DNA of 64,000 nt, from the NCBI GenBank assembly GCA_963702895.1, contig OY969767.1, positions 704,001 to 768,000 on the forward strand. Reading direction: 5' to 3'. Of the stretch, positions 35,801 through 43,250 are shown piece after piece. Each line of letters opens with the position of its first letter. Position 1 is the first letter of the stretch. Source of the stretch: an uncultured Elusimicrobia bacterium (GTDB taxonomy: Bacteria > Elusimicrobiota > Elusimicrobia > 2-01-FULL-59-12). The notes below the pieces were generated by a model, which saw nothing but the letters and a program-made list of their open reading frames with translations, made no database searches and had not been told where the DNA came from. The position numbers were made by a program, and so were the translations under genes.

Positions 35801-38682
35801 CCAAGGCGCCGGTCACCATTTACGATCCCCAAAAACTTCTGTCGGCGCGGCTGCAACTGGAGATTGAGAAAGCCAAGCAGGCCGGCGCGCTGGTCGAGTT
35901 AACAGACCAAGCGCCTCCTCCCTTGACCGTCCGCCAGACAGTGCAGGCGGCCGCCAATCGTGCCTTTGGCGCGGCGGGCCGGCCTTCCTTTGATATTGCC
36001 GGCGCGGTAAAGCTCCAGGAGCGTGTCACTCAGCTTGGGCGCCAGCATGCAGAGGCTATCCAGAAACAGAGGATGGCACAGCTGGTCGAAGCACACGGTC
36101 CCGAGATCCTCCAGCGCATGGGGCCGCAATTTGCCGATCTTCGTCCCGAAGACTTGAAGCTCACGCCGAAAGAACAACAAGGGCTTCAAGAGCTGCAAAG
36201 GGCCCAGGAAGAACTGGAGCAGAGGGTGCATGCCTTGCGGCCTTACGCACCGCTTTACCTGGACGCCTATCGCGTGCAGAAGCCGATGGCCGCGTTCGAG
36301 AACGATCCGCGGCATGAGCTGCTCAAGCAGCTGGCGGCCGCCCAAGACGACGCGGGCGCCCTGAAGGCGCTTCACGAGTATGCACAGCCGGCTGTGACCC
36401 CTGAGCAGGAGCGCGCCGCGCTGAGTAGAGCCACCAGCGATTCCTTTGTTAGCAAGCTTCCGGATGGCACGCTGAAATTCTTTGGCCTTGAAGCCCCGGC
36501 AGGTGTATTGCAGGCCTTCGATACAGCCCTGGCGATGGTCATCAAGGGGAACGCTGGATTGAAGCCCCTCTCGGGGCCCATGGGTCAATTGCGGGGAGGT
36601 CTCTCGAGTGATCCGGCTTTTGAAAAGCTGGATATGGCCGGACAGATCGCTACTTTGGAAGCGAGATTGGCCGACTATTTGACATCGATGAAGCAGCTCC
36701 CTGTATACACTTCTGCGCAGGAGGCTATCGCTAGGGCGTCTCAAATGGCATTTGAAGGCCCCACCATCAAGACCCGCGGTCTGATGGAAGAGCAGATTGC
36801 CGTGCAGACAAGAGACCTTCCTCGAGAGACCGTGCCCATTTTTGTCGTCGAGGATGAACAAGCCGAGCAGATTCTGAATCCCGCCGGGACGGTCATGACG
36901 GGGCATCACCCCAAAGTGATCACGCAAGAGCAATACCAGGCCTATCAAATGGAATTGAGCAATTTGATCAAAGCCGCCGCGGAGAAACGGGTTAGCGATC
37001 TGCCCAAGTGGTTTGCGGCGCGGGAGGCCTATGCCACACGGCAGCAGACGATGCAGGCGGGCTCATCGGTGGCGACGCTGGTCGTGACGACCCTGGTTAC
37101 GCTGGGCCTCATTTCGTCGGGCGTGGGCACGGTCATGGGCATTGTGGTGGGCTTGCCCATGATGTGGCAGATGATGAAGACCATGCCAGCCATGATGCAG
37201 GCCATGAAGCTCGCCAAGCAGAATGGAACGCGCCCGGCCGCAGCGGCGCCTTCGGCGCCGCGTCTCGCGCTGCCGCAGATGGCCGGTATCGGAATTGCGG
37301 CGGCGGTGGTGCTGGCGTCGATGATCTTCGGATCCATGTTCTATGGCATTCCTCTGGGCCTGGGCAGCATGGTAATGAGCTTATTGATTCCCATTTTCAC
37401 CGGCGGGTCCGTTCTTTCCTTCGGGATTGGCGCGCTGCGCCACGTGCGCCGCGCCGCATCAGCACCGCCCGGCTCTCTCTCCGCTTTGGCGCAGCTTGAG
37501 CACATGGAGCCGGCGGCGCTCAAGAGGTTGGCCCGTGGCGCCAAGCTGGATGAGGAGACGGCCGACGCGCTCGTTGACAAATTTGCGGACGTGGCGCCGG
37601 TGACAACCGACGGCCTGTCGCCGCTTACGCTTTTCCGCGAGGCTTTGCGTGATCAGATTTATAAACTGACCGATGATGAGTTTCTGGCATCGAAATTGGC
37701 GAAAGAAACTTGGGCAAAGTTTGAACAAGCACTCGATCAAGGACTTGATTTTGAAGGCCTGCAGAAGAAAATCCGAGAGTATAAAGCCTCGGGCGAAGCC
37801 GGTCAATTCAAGGATCGGTTTAACAAGCTCCTGATGAGAGCATGGCGTAGCGCACAATACTCTCAGGCGATCCTCTATCGCGCAGCCGCGCGCCGTGCGA
37901 TTGCCGGCATCCGCCCCGGAGCGCTTCTGGCCGCGCCTTCGGCACGCGAAGTCCCGCTCATTCGGCAAGCCGTGAAAGCCATCCAAGCTCAACAAGCTAA
38001 CGCCAGCGAGGCGGCAGCACCAAACGCTGCCGCGGCGCCCGTTCCTTGGCGGGTGATTGACGGCAGTGCCTATCAGCAGTTCCTTGCCGCGGTGAAGGCG
38101 CAGGCCCGCCCGGCGGCTGCCGCCGCGCAGCCGGCGAGTGCTTCAGTTTCCGTACCCGATTCTGCGGCGGAGGTGAGACCTGACCCCGTTTCACCCGCCG
38201 CAGCTCTTTCTCCGATCGTCCGCACGAGCGTCCTCGTCTACAGCGGCTTGGCGATGGTCGGCATTTTCGCGGCGGCCATGCTGCCAGGGGCCGCCGCCGT
38301 TGCCGCCATCGCCGGCGTCGGCTTCATGGCCTCGATGTGGAGGCGCATGACGGATCAGGCGCTTCCTTCACCAGCAGTGACCGCCCAAGCGCCGCCGCGC
38401 TCCTTCTTCGGCATGCCCGTGAGTCGTCTGGCAAGAGTCGGTGGGTTGGCGAGCGCGCTCATTCTGGTTTTCAGCGCCCTCTCGCAAGCCTCACCGTCCC
38501 AGGTGCCCGGCGCGGCCGCCGCCGCGACCGGCTTCTCATGGGCGTCCCTCGGCTCGCTGGCCGCGCCGGTGGCCCTGGTGGCCGTCGTCGCGATCGCGGC
38601 TGTTAGCCTCATCCGTCACTACCGCTCCTCCCGCAGCCCTGTTCCTGAAGACCACAAGAAAGCCTTCGGCGCCACCGCCTAA
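26860..38682 (+). CDS. Giant (~3,940 aa) membrane-associated protein with central SecA-like SF2 ATPase
   Basis: Signal peptide ...SLSMILTAPGTTAWA|EV; Gly/Ala-rich hydrophobic helices; coiled coils; GTGGGKT, DEAH, RWSD, LSGS, GTDIK, QTVGR; C-terminal TM hairpins. ATG 26860 preferred over 26476, whose extension is translated repeat. Confidence 0.85.
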   Translation: MITRYLSWLYRRIGVSAYRRIGVTAVTPTLRYSVAPSPLPRYPVTPIPRYDVSLFASRSSVFSRFLAVSLSLSMILTAPGTTAWAEVRSQNETEQLKVTSDNEPGKNYKSLIKNPKAGGEAIQLLQALANLGMELGSRFVKPQSISSMAAFPFGGRGVEKGDAQYANPIIVQHDVANLGHDVRTYLGDIPVIDLDESAATPDQLRYGVAKRMFESIVHPERDSLEGGTEKAGAPASNASVASANPNAGEELNIPHMLEILKSQLGEADKSGKARGGVVDAYQTMVDEYKNLYVSNGVAIKINQYLLTKTKAELNELAVVINQLEIQKATCGGVFTPACVAVGRQLSDAHAKKKELLKRQAEYETALREAQEYFAVAKQMLQQLRQASSNPKMFDFDHMLKGEKAEGYDTSKSLDGVIDERYNDWKMKQSNNVFGTLTNSVGSWIWAHKGAIIGAAVGLAAVAGVIVFAPAVITGVAVAAVTKAALFVGATAAPAALTTAAGWVAGTTALGIGGTVGAMAGSQYDAGVLSANQATIQADAARAESTAYRQKTGAWFDQLKASGASQDALSKFLAESARNGHAMDAAKTLLAAQNAAATAYKNLVGIAAQLQDILSGGNNARDQFLRIAKALGGSSVENTLASNLRNGMKLNDAANHLFSYHSNNVLKSVGQSFQEGMQSSFMKGLEQTRNEVKSAQENANKVRQSIFQAAQSGDHDALAFARQNGMQWFDSYTGELSQNAFDTSLKDPTSVGHSYGDYSTRVHNTYSGVSNPISPIVTAVKDAWGDSSVLQDGVVGTIGRVAWAGATSAVNSVFEVVMDPAMAAGGAIFSLSGSAMQRFGDTYTGQWLQTVGASQFGNTVFSRSLGGNASRAVQFMTGVSDQELLLDYSSGQGLFNTRNSQFNSFLNTTRQELLQEGQLMSNGADVLSTVNIKTASMRVGSHGISDLYAGNYLSGAAKLVGAGLSIGGQTMLDMGSSMGVFNTGIGYLGKGNAFVRSALQTTFVRLPMAQFGIGMAHDMRNMWEGVLAGMHGDTATSAKLFGSGLVDFAGTAAGMTGLGSMRAGARAAGELGKGAPVMQRAQAYASGFARDFAPRLVFETGKLGIQGGLVLAGGGLMGGEGALGGALGGVKAIEIAPHLPDYVRLQADEIRVANDVAARASINTPAQAEKAGYATRIYERALSRFSESQLSAIAKGEAGPTIDLGAKNPGLSLTQSKVGRFLLRVMGSEPVNPDNTLAASFKVDASNPYLKKAAENVLVKRVVPQSTGTIAEALRAGYREVRSMLSPEPAMQLVGVGGMVLGEFSAPREITRQSVASRSSQAPQEATQPSRFQRYKIFRAERVQSPIEALKRLHETTVQAGEALRANPSDANLARAYKKAAARELSAVGEVRDILILRGGAESGIRDIAETLRRTREANHELSRLADEAGAHVSIAVGSEALARAGNNATPLQVAEAKFRQASGVAQLARATNDGTVPARQATYKAYAELERARADLLEAQLRADEAQKPSSGGPDARLAELRAQEVRAQVAVSRAQAEALESMARSRGELNAASDRLKAVRQAAQEARDVRVGEEIEQAGRYRARLQEQEAILSDSSRANDHAQAVRAKKALEAEQYLAKLKAEGEHPAAGRYIEAEQQAAYLRRLADKGLDPVTVRDKILHPVASLRRSSALRQLTKAVHQEVVFKKALDGVVSKLSPKVQADGEWVRSLLSGTDPAARLAEVRYNFEDIRAEDSPDGLAYKKGTYRFEITKKGLEGNEGALLQQRITELNRGLQKIAEAVGIDGLFRTQINQILQAIGVPRTFIVEGTGGGKTKVITPALAYLLKSVYGDAIGRVTVALPDTNLLRGAYSEVGIVYEKLYGKGGVYKLEGDAIKGQGIASVIESVRKAKVIYTTRDTLKQLEMQYSASAMSSPKEVELYKLLIDKGVIIADEAHQLRKVDLIQGNDGTQPLRIANREMNDAMLRVDAVLESMRNDPQYKAYQDFLSRTGFRDNYDSFYRFMAEHVAEDGSFSSSFLQAYAKASQGRVNMKDLRNPRSFAMENEAAALRGFGEAVTIAHQSENGYGLHAKAKPGQVVPMSLGEPNPTMRWSDSAMTGARQIVGARRLSDAKQWNKEGRADLSAKSLLENAETNGSSVRVTDLSYLKRFMGVIELSGSPQGVIQREAVDLGLMAPRNYQDSSPMARLLERGMNWIRGQDVKNVQDVKEMAALAAREIEGRQVAVIGIESNQLHGFEYSKALVDRLSKEPGRIVLVQSGPKVEIFRDGVKLGERPSGELGDILTSREAQERYLGGPLGKQKIAIVLDQGGVTGTDIKIPFKPAKVLQSLERFADGARRDSLRADELEQIRLDPAARRLFSEDGRLIGSLDQVRNRIVELKTSEMVSRLLRGDPLTEVEARSLKAGLETLARSGDKAAGDLSRIVKGIQDAEFAKVEVLKDKGLFDQANPAAREMYRGVFSEYLDSGPKFISVGGKETASKRLVQTVGRDRGIDVAAYGYHSKTVIKITGEPIEEPSRRLTDLLKTTEINEARNNQEDLYQGFVSALTENMLSRFDHMLTNIDPGMGGRRVKAERDAVISARKAFEKRAGLNSNLVVGKRTKAFQALQQDVVRLQETFERVTKEYRSALGKANRAFVDTMNQNQVRLAFNEGSQGWKASDGIDSKQRLFNPSPVAEGQAGAGRPAAEIQGLVGLGFSEAVSRIGRALKASDLDFEIGQPQKTAVTSAENLISYAQDRLAASRSSVVSVRDLLEIQRASVRAANSLGPNGHLPPVVGMIASVGASPDDIKEILTREPKIKGANPDTPDALPDFVPKLQTAGPSQRVAASMNGVADDLRQGWMSSKGYKKPLAALANAVRSYGSGQVTDSGRFNIALNAYKAAPALVGHAFLPELALNNAQAARESLSAMQSALSEAKDPLVTRSLERSIQIAQNAPRAAVESDPGYTVVREGQGAQAAVAVHVTGATAELTRGILSLLKYAAASKAPVTIYDPQKLLSARLQLEIEKAKQAGALVELTDQAPPPLTVRQTVQAAANRAFGAAGRPSFDIAGAVKLQERVTQLGRQHAEAIQKQRMAQLVEAHGPEILQRMGPQFADLRPEDLKLTPKEQQGLQELQRAQEELEQRVHALRPYAPLYLDAYRVQKPMAAFENDPRHELLKQLAAAQDDAGALKALHEYAQPAVTPEQERAALSRATSDSFVSKLPDGTLKFFGLEAPAGVLQAFDTALAMVIKGNAGLKPLSGPMGQLRGGLSSDPAFEKLDMAGQIATLEARLADYLTSMKQLPVYTSAQEAIARASQMAFEGPTIKTRGLMEEQIAVQTRDLPRETVPIFVVEDEQAEQILNPAGTVMTGHHPKVITQEQYQAYQMELSNLIKAAAEKRVSDLPKWFAAREAYATRQQTMQAGSSVATLVVTTLVTLGLISSGVGTVMGIVVGLPMMWQMMKTMPAMMQAMKLAKQNGTRPAAAAPSAPRLALPQMAGIGIAAAVVLASMIFGSMFYGIPLGLGSMVMSLLIPIFTGGSVLSFGIGALRHVRRAASAPPGSLSALAQLEHMEPAALKRLARGAKLDEETADALVDKFADVAPVTTDGLSPLTLFREALRDQIYKLTDDEFLASKLAKETWAKFEQALDQGLDFEGLQKKIREYKASGEAGQFKDRFNKLLMRAWRSAQYSQAILYRAAARRAIAGIRPGALLAAPSAREVPLIRQAVKAIQAQQANASEAAAPNAAAAPVPWRVIDGSAYQQFLAAVKAQARPAAAAAQPASASVSVPDSAAEVRPDPVSPAAALSPIVRTSVLVYSGLAMVGIFAAAMLPGAAAVAAIAGVGFMASMWRRMTDQALPSPAVTAQAPPRSFFGMPVSRLARVGGLASALILVFSALSQASPSQVPGAAAAATGFSWASLGSLAAPVALVAVVAIAAVSLIRHYRSSRSPVPEDHKKAFGATA

Positions 38683-38701
38683 ACTTCAGTAACGACAACA
38701 G

Positions 38702-39210
38702 CGTAACGGGGTATCGGAGTAACGGAGTCACACCAATATAAGTATCGGAGTGTCGGCGTAACGGAGTATCGGGGTCACGTCAGAGCCGGAACTCCGTTCC
38801 TCCGAAATGCCGTTACGCTGACGCCGTTACGCCGATACTCCGATCCTCCGATACTCCGATACGCTGTCGCCGTTACCCCGTTACGCCGATACTCCGATAC
38901 TCCGATACGCTGTCGCCGTTACCCCGTTACGCCGATACTCCGATACTCCGATACGCTGTCGCCGTTACCCCGTCACGCCGATACTCCGTTACGCTGTCGC
39001 CGTTACCCCGTTACGCCGATACTCCGATACTCCGATACGCTGTCGCCGATACTCCGATACTCCGATACTCCGATACGCTGTCGCCGTTACCCCGTCACGC
39101 CGATACTCCGTTACGCTGTTGCCGTTACCCCGTTACGCCGATACTCCGATACTCCGATACGCTGTCGCCGTTACCCCGTTACGCCGATACTCCGATACTC
39201 CCATACCCCG
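38702..39210. repeat. 8-mer palindromic array with 38-46-bp higher-order units
   Basis: Forward arm, core GTCACGTCAGAGCCGGAACTCCG, long reverse arm of GATACGCT GTCGCC GTTACCCC GTTACGCC (GATACTCC)n. Confidence 0.9.
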
Positions 39211-39333
39211 ACCCTGATGCCCTGGGGGCGGGCCACCAGAACGGTTGAATTAATGGAAATATGCTTATAAATAACAAGATAATGTTACATGACTTGTCTT
39301 TATGACATCTCTATGTTATATTCCTCAATGCCT

Positions 39334-40485
39334 ATGGATTTCAATCGGTTGCTCAATTTGGAGCAGTACACGAGTTCAGTCTTTCTGTTTGGCCCGCGCA
39401 TGACCGGGAAAACATTTCTTCTGCGCCGGCTTACGACGTCACTCTATGTGGATCTTCTGGACCCGCAAGTGGAGCTCGAGCTCAAAGCGTCGCCCAAATT
39501 GTTCTGGGAAAAAGTCGCGGTCCTTCCCGAGGGGGCGTCCGTTATCGTCGATGAAATCCAGCGGATTCCGCCGCTCTTGGATTACGTGCAAAAGGCCATC
39601 GAAGAGAAGAAGCTGCGCTTTATTCTTTCGGGCTCCAGCGCGCGCAAATTGCGGCGCGGTGGCGCAAATCTTCTGGGAGGGCGCGCGCTGGATTTACGGC
39701 TGCATCCGCTCACGGCGTCTGAAACAGGGGACGCCTTTCGCGTCGAGCGCGCGCTTCAGTTTGGAACCTTGCCGCGCATCTCGCAGCTTCTGCTCGAAGA
39801 TCGCCCGGAGGAAGCGCGGCAAGCCCTGCGCTCCTACTATACCACCTACATCAAAGAGGAAATTCAGGCGGAGGCCCTGACCCGCAACGTCGGTGCTTTC
39901 CAAAGGTTTCTTCAAGTCGCGGCCCAGGCTCACGCGCAGGTGATTGAATTTTCGAACATCGCCCGCGACTGCTCCGTGCCGATGAGTACCGTGAAGGAGT
40001 ATTACTCCATCCTCGAGGACACGCTGCTGGGTGATTTTGTGTGGCCGTGGGACCGCAGCGAGAGAAAAAAAGCCAGGCCCAAGTTTTTCTTTTTTGATAA
40101 CGGGGTGGTCCGGGCCATTCAAAACCGTTTGGTCGATCCTCCGACGGCCCATGAACAAGGTTTTCTTTTTGAGGCCTGGATGGTCCGTGAGCTCGTGCGC
40201 TATCGTGATGCCTTCATGAAACCTCACGAGTTTGCCTTCTGGCGGGACGGAGGCCATGAGATTGATCTTCTCATCATGCAGGGGACGAAGCCTTTGTGGG
40301 CGATCGAATGCAAAGCGGGCCAAGAGGGAGTCTCGTCGGGGACCCTCGCAGCCTTCCGTAGGCGCTTTCCGGATTTGCCGTTGGTCGTTGCCTCACTGCG
40401 CGACCCCTCACCGAGGCGTTTAGATTCTGGCATCGAAATCCTGCCCTGGCGGGACGTTCTCGCTCGTTACCAGGCATTGAAATAA
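39334..40485 (+). CDS. AAA_14 / DUF4143 ATPase
   Basis: GPRMTGKT, VDEIQ, LSGSS, LLGGRA, PKFFFFDNG, EIDLL...AIECK. Confidence 0.88.
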   Translation: MDFNRLLNLEQYTSSVFLFGPRMTGKTFLLRRLTTSLYVDLLDPQVELELKASPKLFWEKVAVLPEGASVIVDEIQRIPPLLDYVQKAIEEKKLRFILSGSSARKLRRGGANLLGGRALDLRLHPLTASETGDAFRVERALQFGTLPRISQLLLEDRPEEARQALRSYYTTYIKEEIQAEALTRNVGAFQRFLQVAAQAHAQVIEFSNIARDCSVPMSTVKEYYSILEDTLLGDFVWPWDRSERKKARPKFFFFDNGVVRAIQNRLVDPPTAHEQGFLFEAWMVRELVRYRDAFMKPHEFAFWRDGGHEIDLLIMQGTKPLWAIECKAGQEGVSSGTLAAFRRRFPDLPLVVASLRDPSPRRLDSGIEILPWRDVLARYQALK

Positions 40486-40514
40486 TCGACTTCGGCGCTA
40501 CCGCCTGATCTGCA

Positions 40515-40890
40515 GTACCGGAGTAACGGGGTATCGGAGTAACGGAGTCACACCAATATAAGTATCGGAGTGTCGGCGTAACGGAGTATCGGAGTAACGG
40601 AGTCACACCAATGGAAGTATCGGAGTATTGGCGTAACGGAGTATTGGGGTCACGTCAGAGCCGGAACTCCGTTCCTCCGAAATGCCGTTACGCTGTTGCC
40701 GTTACCCCGTTACTCCGTTACTCCGATACTCCGATACTCCGATACGCTGTCGTCGTTGCCCCGTTACGCCGATACTCCGTTACGCTGTCGCCGTTACCCC
40801 GTTACGCCGTTACTCCGATACTCCGATACTCCGATACGCTGTCGCCGTTACCCCGTTACGCCGTTGCCCTTACCCCGTTACTCCGATACG
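40515..40890. repeat. 8-mer palindromic array, near-duplicate of 38702-39210
   Basis: Shares unique cores GTCACACCAATATAAG and GTCACGTCAGAGCCGGAACTCCGTTCCTCCGAAATGCCG. Confidence 0.9.
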
Positions 40891-40991
40891 TCGCTCGCCT
40901 CAGGTGATCTTTACAGAGGACGGGACGCGCCACCGCCTGACGACTTCGTTTTTTGAGGTGTAACTCAAATCACTCATGAGTATAATGAGCT

Positions 40992-42158
40992 ATGGCTCAA
41001 ATCACTCATGCCCGGTTGCCTCGCCAGCGCTATCTCGTCCAAGCTGTTCGTGAGGATCTTGCCCATAAGATGGTGTTTGTGGGCGGGCCGAGACAAGTGG
41101 GGAAAACAACCTTCGCCCTGAAGTTCCTTGGAACGAAAGCGAATGAAAAACACCCTGCCTATCTCAATTGGGACAATCGGGAGCATCGCGAAAAGATCTT
41201 GAGAGTTCAATTCCCATCACAGGAAAAGCTTGTCGTCCTGGATGAGGTTCATAAGTTTGCGGGCTGGCGCAACCTGGTCAAGGGCTATTATGACACTCAC
41301 AAATCGGAAACGACGCTTCTGGTCACCGGATCGGCTCGTCTGGATTATTACCGAAAAGGGGGGGATTCTCTCCAGGGACGCTATCACTATTACCGGCTTC
41401 ATCCGTTCTCGCTGTCCGAGGTGGATGCTGCTCGACATTCTTCAGCTTTGAGTGATTTGCTTCGCTATGGTGGATTTCCTGAGCCGTTCACCGTGGCTTC
41501 GGAGCGTCAGTGGCGGCGCTGGCAGCGCGAACAACGCGAACGCGTCATTCGGGATGATTTACGGGATCTGGAAAAAGTAAGAGAAGTCTCCATGGTCGAA
41601 CTCCTGCTCGAGCATTTGCCGCGCTGCGTCGGCTCGCCGCTTTCCGTTCTTCATCTGTCGCAGTTGCTTCAGGTCTCTCCTCATGCTGTTGAGCATTGGG
41701 TCTCGATTCTGGAGAGGCTCTACGTGTGCTTTCGAATCGCTCCTTACGGGTCCGCGAAAATACGGGCGGTGCGAAAAGAAAAAAAACTTTATTTCTGGGA
41801 CTGGTCCCAGGCCCCTGAGGGAGGGGCACGTTTTGAGAATCTGGTCGCCTGCCAGCTTCTCAAATACTGTCATCTGCAGGAAGACACACAAGGCTATCGT
41901 ATGGAGCTTCGGTTTTTGCGGGATACGGACAAGCGAGAGGTTGATTTCGTTGTGTTGCAGGAAGGGGAGCCTGTTTTTGCTGTCGAATGCAAATCCGGTG
42001 ATCAGGCCGCCTCGCCTGCGGCACGGTATTTCCGGGATCGGACGCCCATTCCGCTCTTTTATCAGGTTCATTTGCGCGACAAGGACTTTGGCTCAGAAGC
42101 AGCCTCGGTTCGAGTTCTCCCTTTTGCTCGCTTCTGCAAAGTCAGACAAATGCCTTAA
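40992..42158 (+). CDS. AAA_14 / DUF4143 ATPase
   Basis: GPRQVGKT, LDEVHK, VTGSA, DSLQGR, GGFPEP, KLYFWD, REVDFV...ECK; TATAAT at 40981-40986. Confidence 0.9.
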   Translation: MAQITHARLPRQRYLVQAVREDLAHKMVFVGGPRQVGKTTFALKFLGTKANEKHPAYLNWDNREHREKILRVQFPSQEKLVVLDEVHKFAGWRNLVKGYYDTHKSETTLLVTGSARLDYYRKGGDSLQGRYHYYRLHPFSLSEVDAARHSSALSDLLRYGGFPEPFTVASERQWRRWQREQRERVIRDDLRDLEKVREVSMVELLLEHLPRCVGSPLSVLHLSQLLQVSPHAVEHWVSILERLYVCFRIAPYGSAKIRAVRKEKKLYFWDWSQAPEGGARFENLVACQLLKYCHLQEDTQGYRMELRFLRDTDKREVDFVVLQEGEPVFAVECKSGDQAASPAARYFRDRTPIPLFYQVHLRDKDFGSEAASVRVLPFARFCKVRQMP

Positions 42159-42362
42159 CGAAGAGGGCCCGCCTGACGGCCACAGAATCTCCCACCCCGC
42201 CGTACCGGCGTTTCTTCTGGCGGCATCGCGGCGCTGGGCGTCTTCTTGAGCCGCGCGCGCTCCTCCTCCCCGTCCCCAAGATGTAAACGACACATCTCTG
42301 ACTCGCCGACTCAGCCTCCGCGCTCTCGCCAAGCAAAGCGCATTCTTTGTATCTTATGGTCC

Positions 42363-42692
42363 ATGACGAATGAGGCGGCGCAGGAAAAGATTCAGGAGAT
42401 GGTACGGCGCATTGTCGCTGCCTTTCATCCCGAGAAGGTCGTTCTTTTCGGGTCTTACGCGCGCGGGACGGCCGGTCCCGACAGCGATGTGGACCTTCTC
42501 GTGGTCATGCCTTTTTCGGGGAAGCGGCGAGACTTGGTCGTTGAAATTCGCGGACACTTGCATGGCTTAGGATTGGCAAAGGATATTGTGGTGTCGACTC
42601 CGGAGGAGTTTATTGAAGATCAATCGATCGCCGGCACCATTCCACGGGCCGCCTATTTGGAAGGTAAAGTGTTGTATGACCGAGCGGCCTAG
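42363..42692 (+). CDS. Minimal nucleotidyltransferase (MNT) antitoxin-like protein
   Basis: LFGSYARG...DSDVDLLV. Confidence 0.88.
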   Translation: MTNEAAQEKIQEMVRRIVAAFHPEKVVLFGSYARGTAGPDSDVDLLVVMPFSGKRRDLVVEIRGHLHGLGLAKDIVVSTPEEFIEDQSIAGTIPRAAYLEGKVLYDRAA

Positions 42693-43099
42693 AAAAACTT
42701 TTCACGTCCGAGCTTGGGTACAAAAAGCGGAGAGCGATTTTGTCACGGCCGAACACACACTTCGAATGCCGTCCGAGCAATGCCCTTACGATACGGTTTG
42801 TTTCCATGCGCAACAGGTTGTTGAGAAATATCTCAAGGCATTGCTCGTATGTCACGACATCGATTTTGGGAAGACGCATGACTTGGTGGAGATATCGATG
42901 TTATTGTCCGTTCGATGTCAAACACCTATGACGAAGGCCGAACTTGAGCTTTTTGACAACGCATGCTGTTGAGAGTCGTTATCCCAGCGATCCCGACCTT
43001 GTCACGGCGGCCGAAGCGGGAAAGGCGATGGAGTTGACCCGCCGACTTCGCGACTGGGCCAGAGCCAGCCTCCCGAAAGACGCTCTTTCATCGAAATAG
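42676..43099 (+). CDS. HEPN-domain protein, frameshifted at T5 run 42950-42954
   Basis: W..KAESD, CFHAQQ.VEKYLKA, KTHDL. Removing one T gives LTTHAVESRYP...* at 43099. Confidence 0.8.
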
Positions 43100-43214
43100 G
43101 ACAACCTGTTGCTTTCCCCTTCGGTTAAAGGCGTTTCTCCTACTTCCGCTGAACCGTCTAAATATTATCAAAAACGAGCTTATTTGTAGAATAAATACCG
43201 GGAATTAATATATC

Positions 43215-43244
43215 TTGACGATGCACCGGGATTCCCGGTATTAT
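43215..43244 (+). promoter_or_regulatory. Sigma70-like promoter with palindromic operator
   Basis: TTGACG-18nt-TATTAT with ACCGGGATTCCCGGT in the spacer and a further ACCGGGAAT half-site just upstream. Confidence 0.6.
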
Positions 43245-43250
43245 TATGGA

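Noticed and set aside
38702..40890. CRISPR arrays near nuclease-like genes
   Set aside because: Built from 8-mer and 6-mer subunits with no spacers.
40611..40963. Three overlapping small ORFs
   Set aside because: Repeat translations in all three frames.
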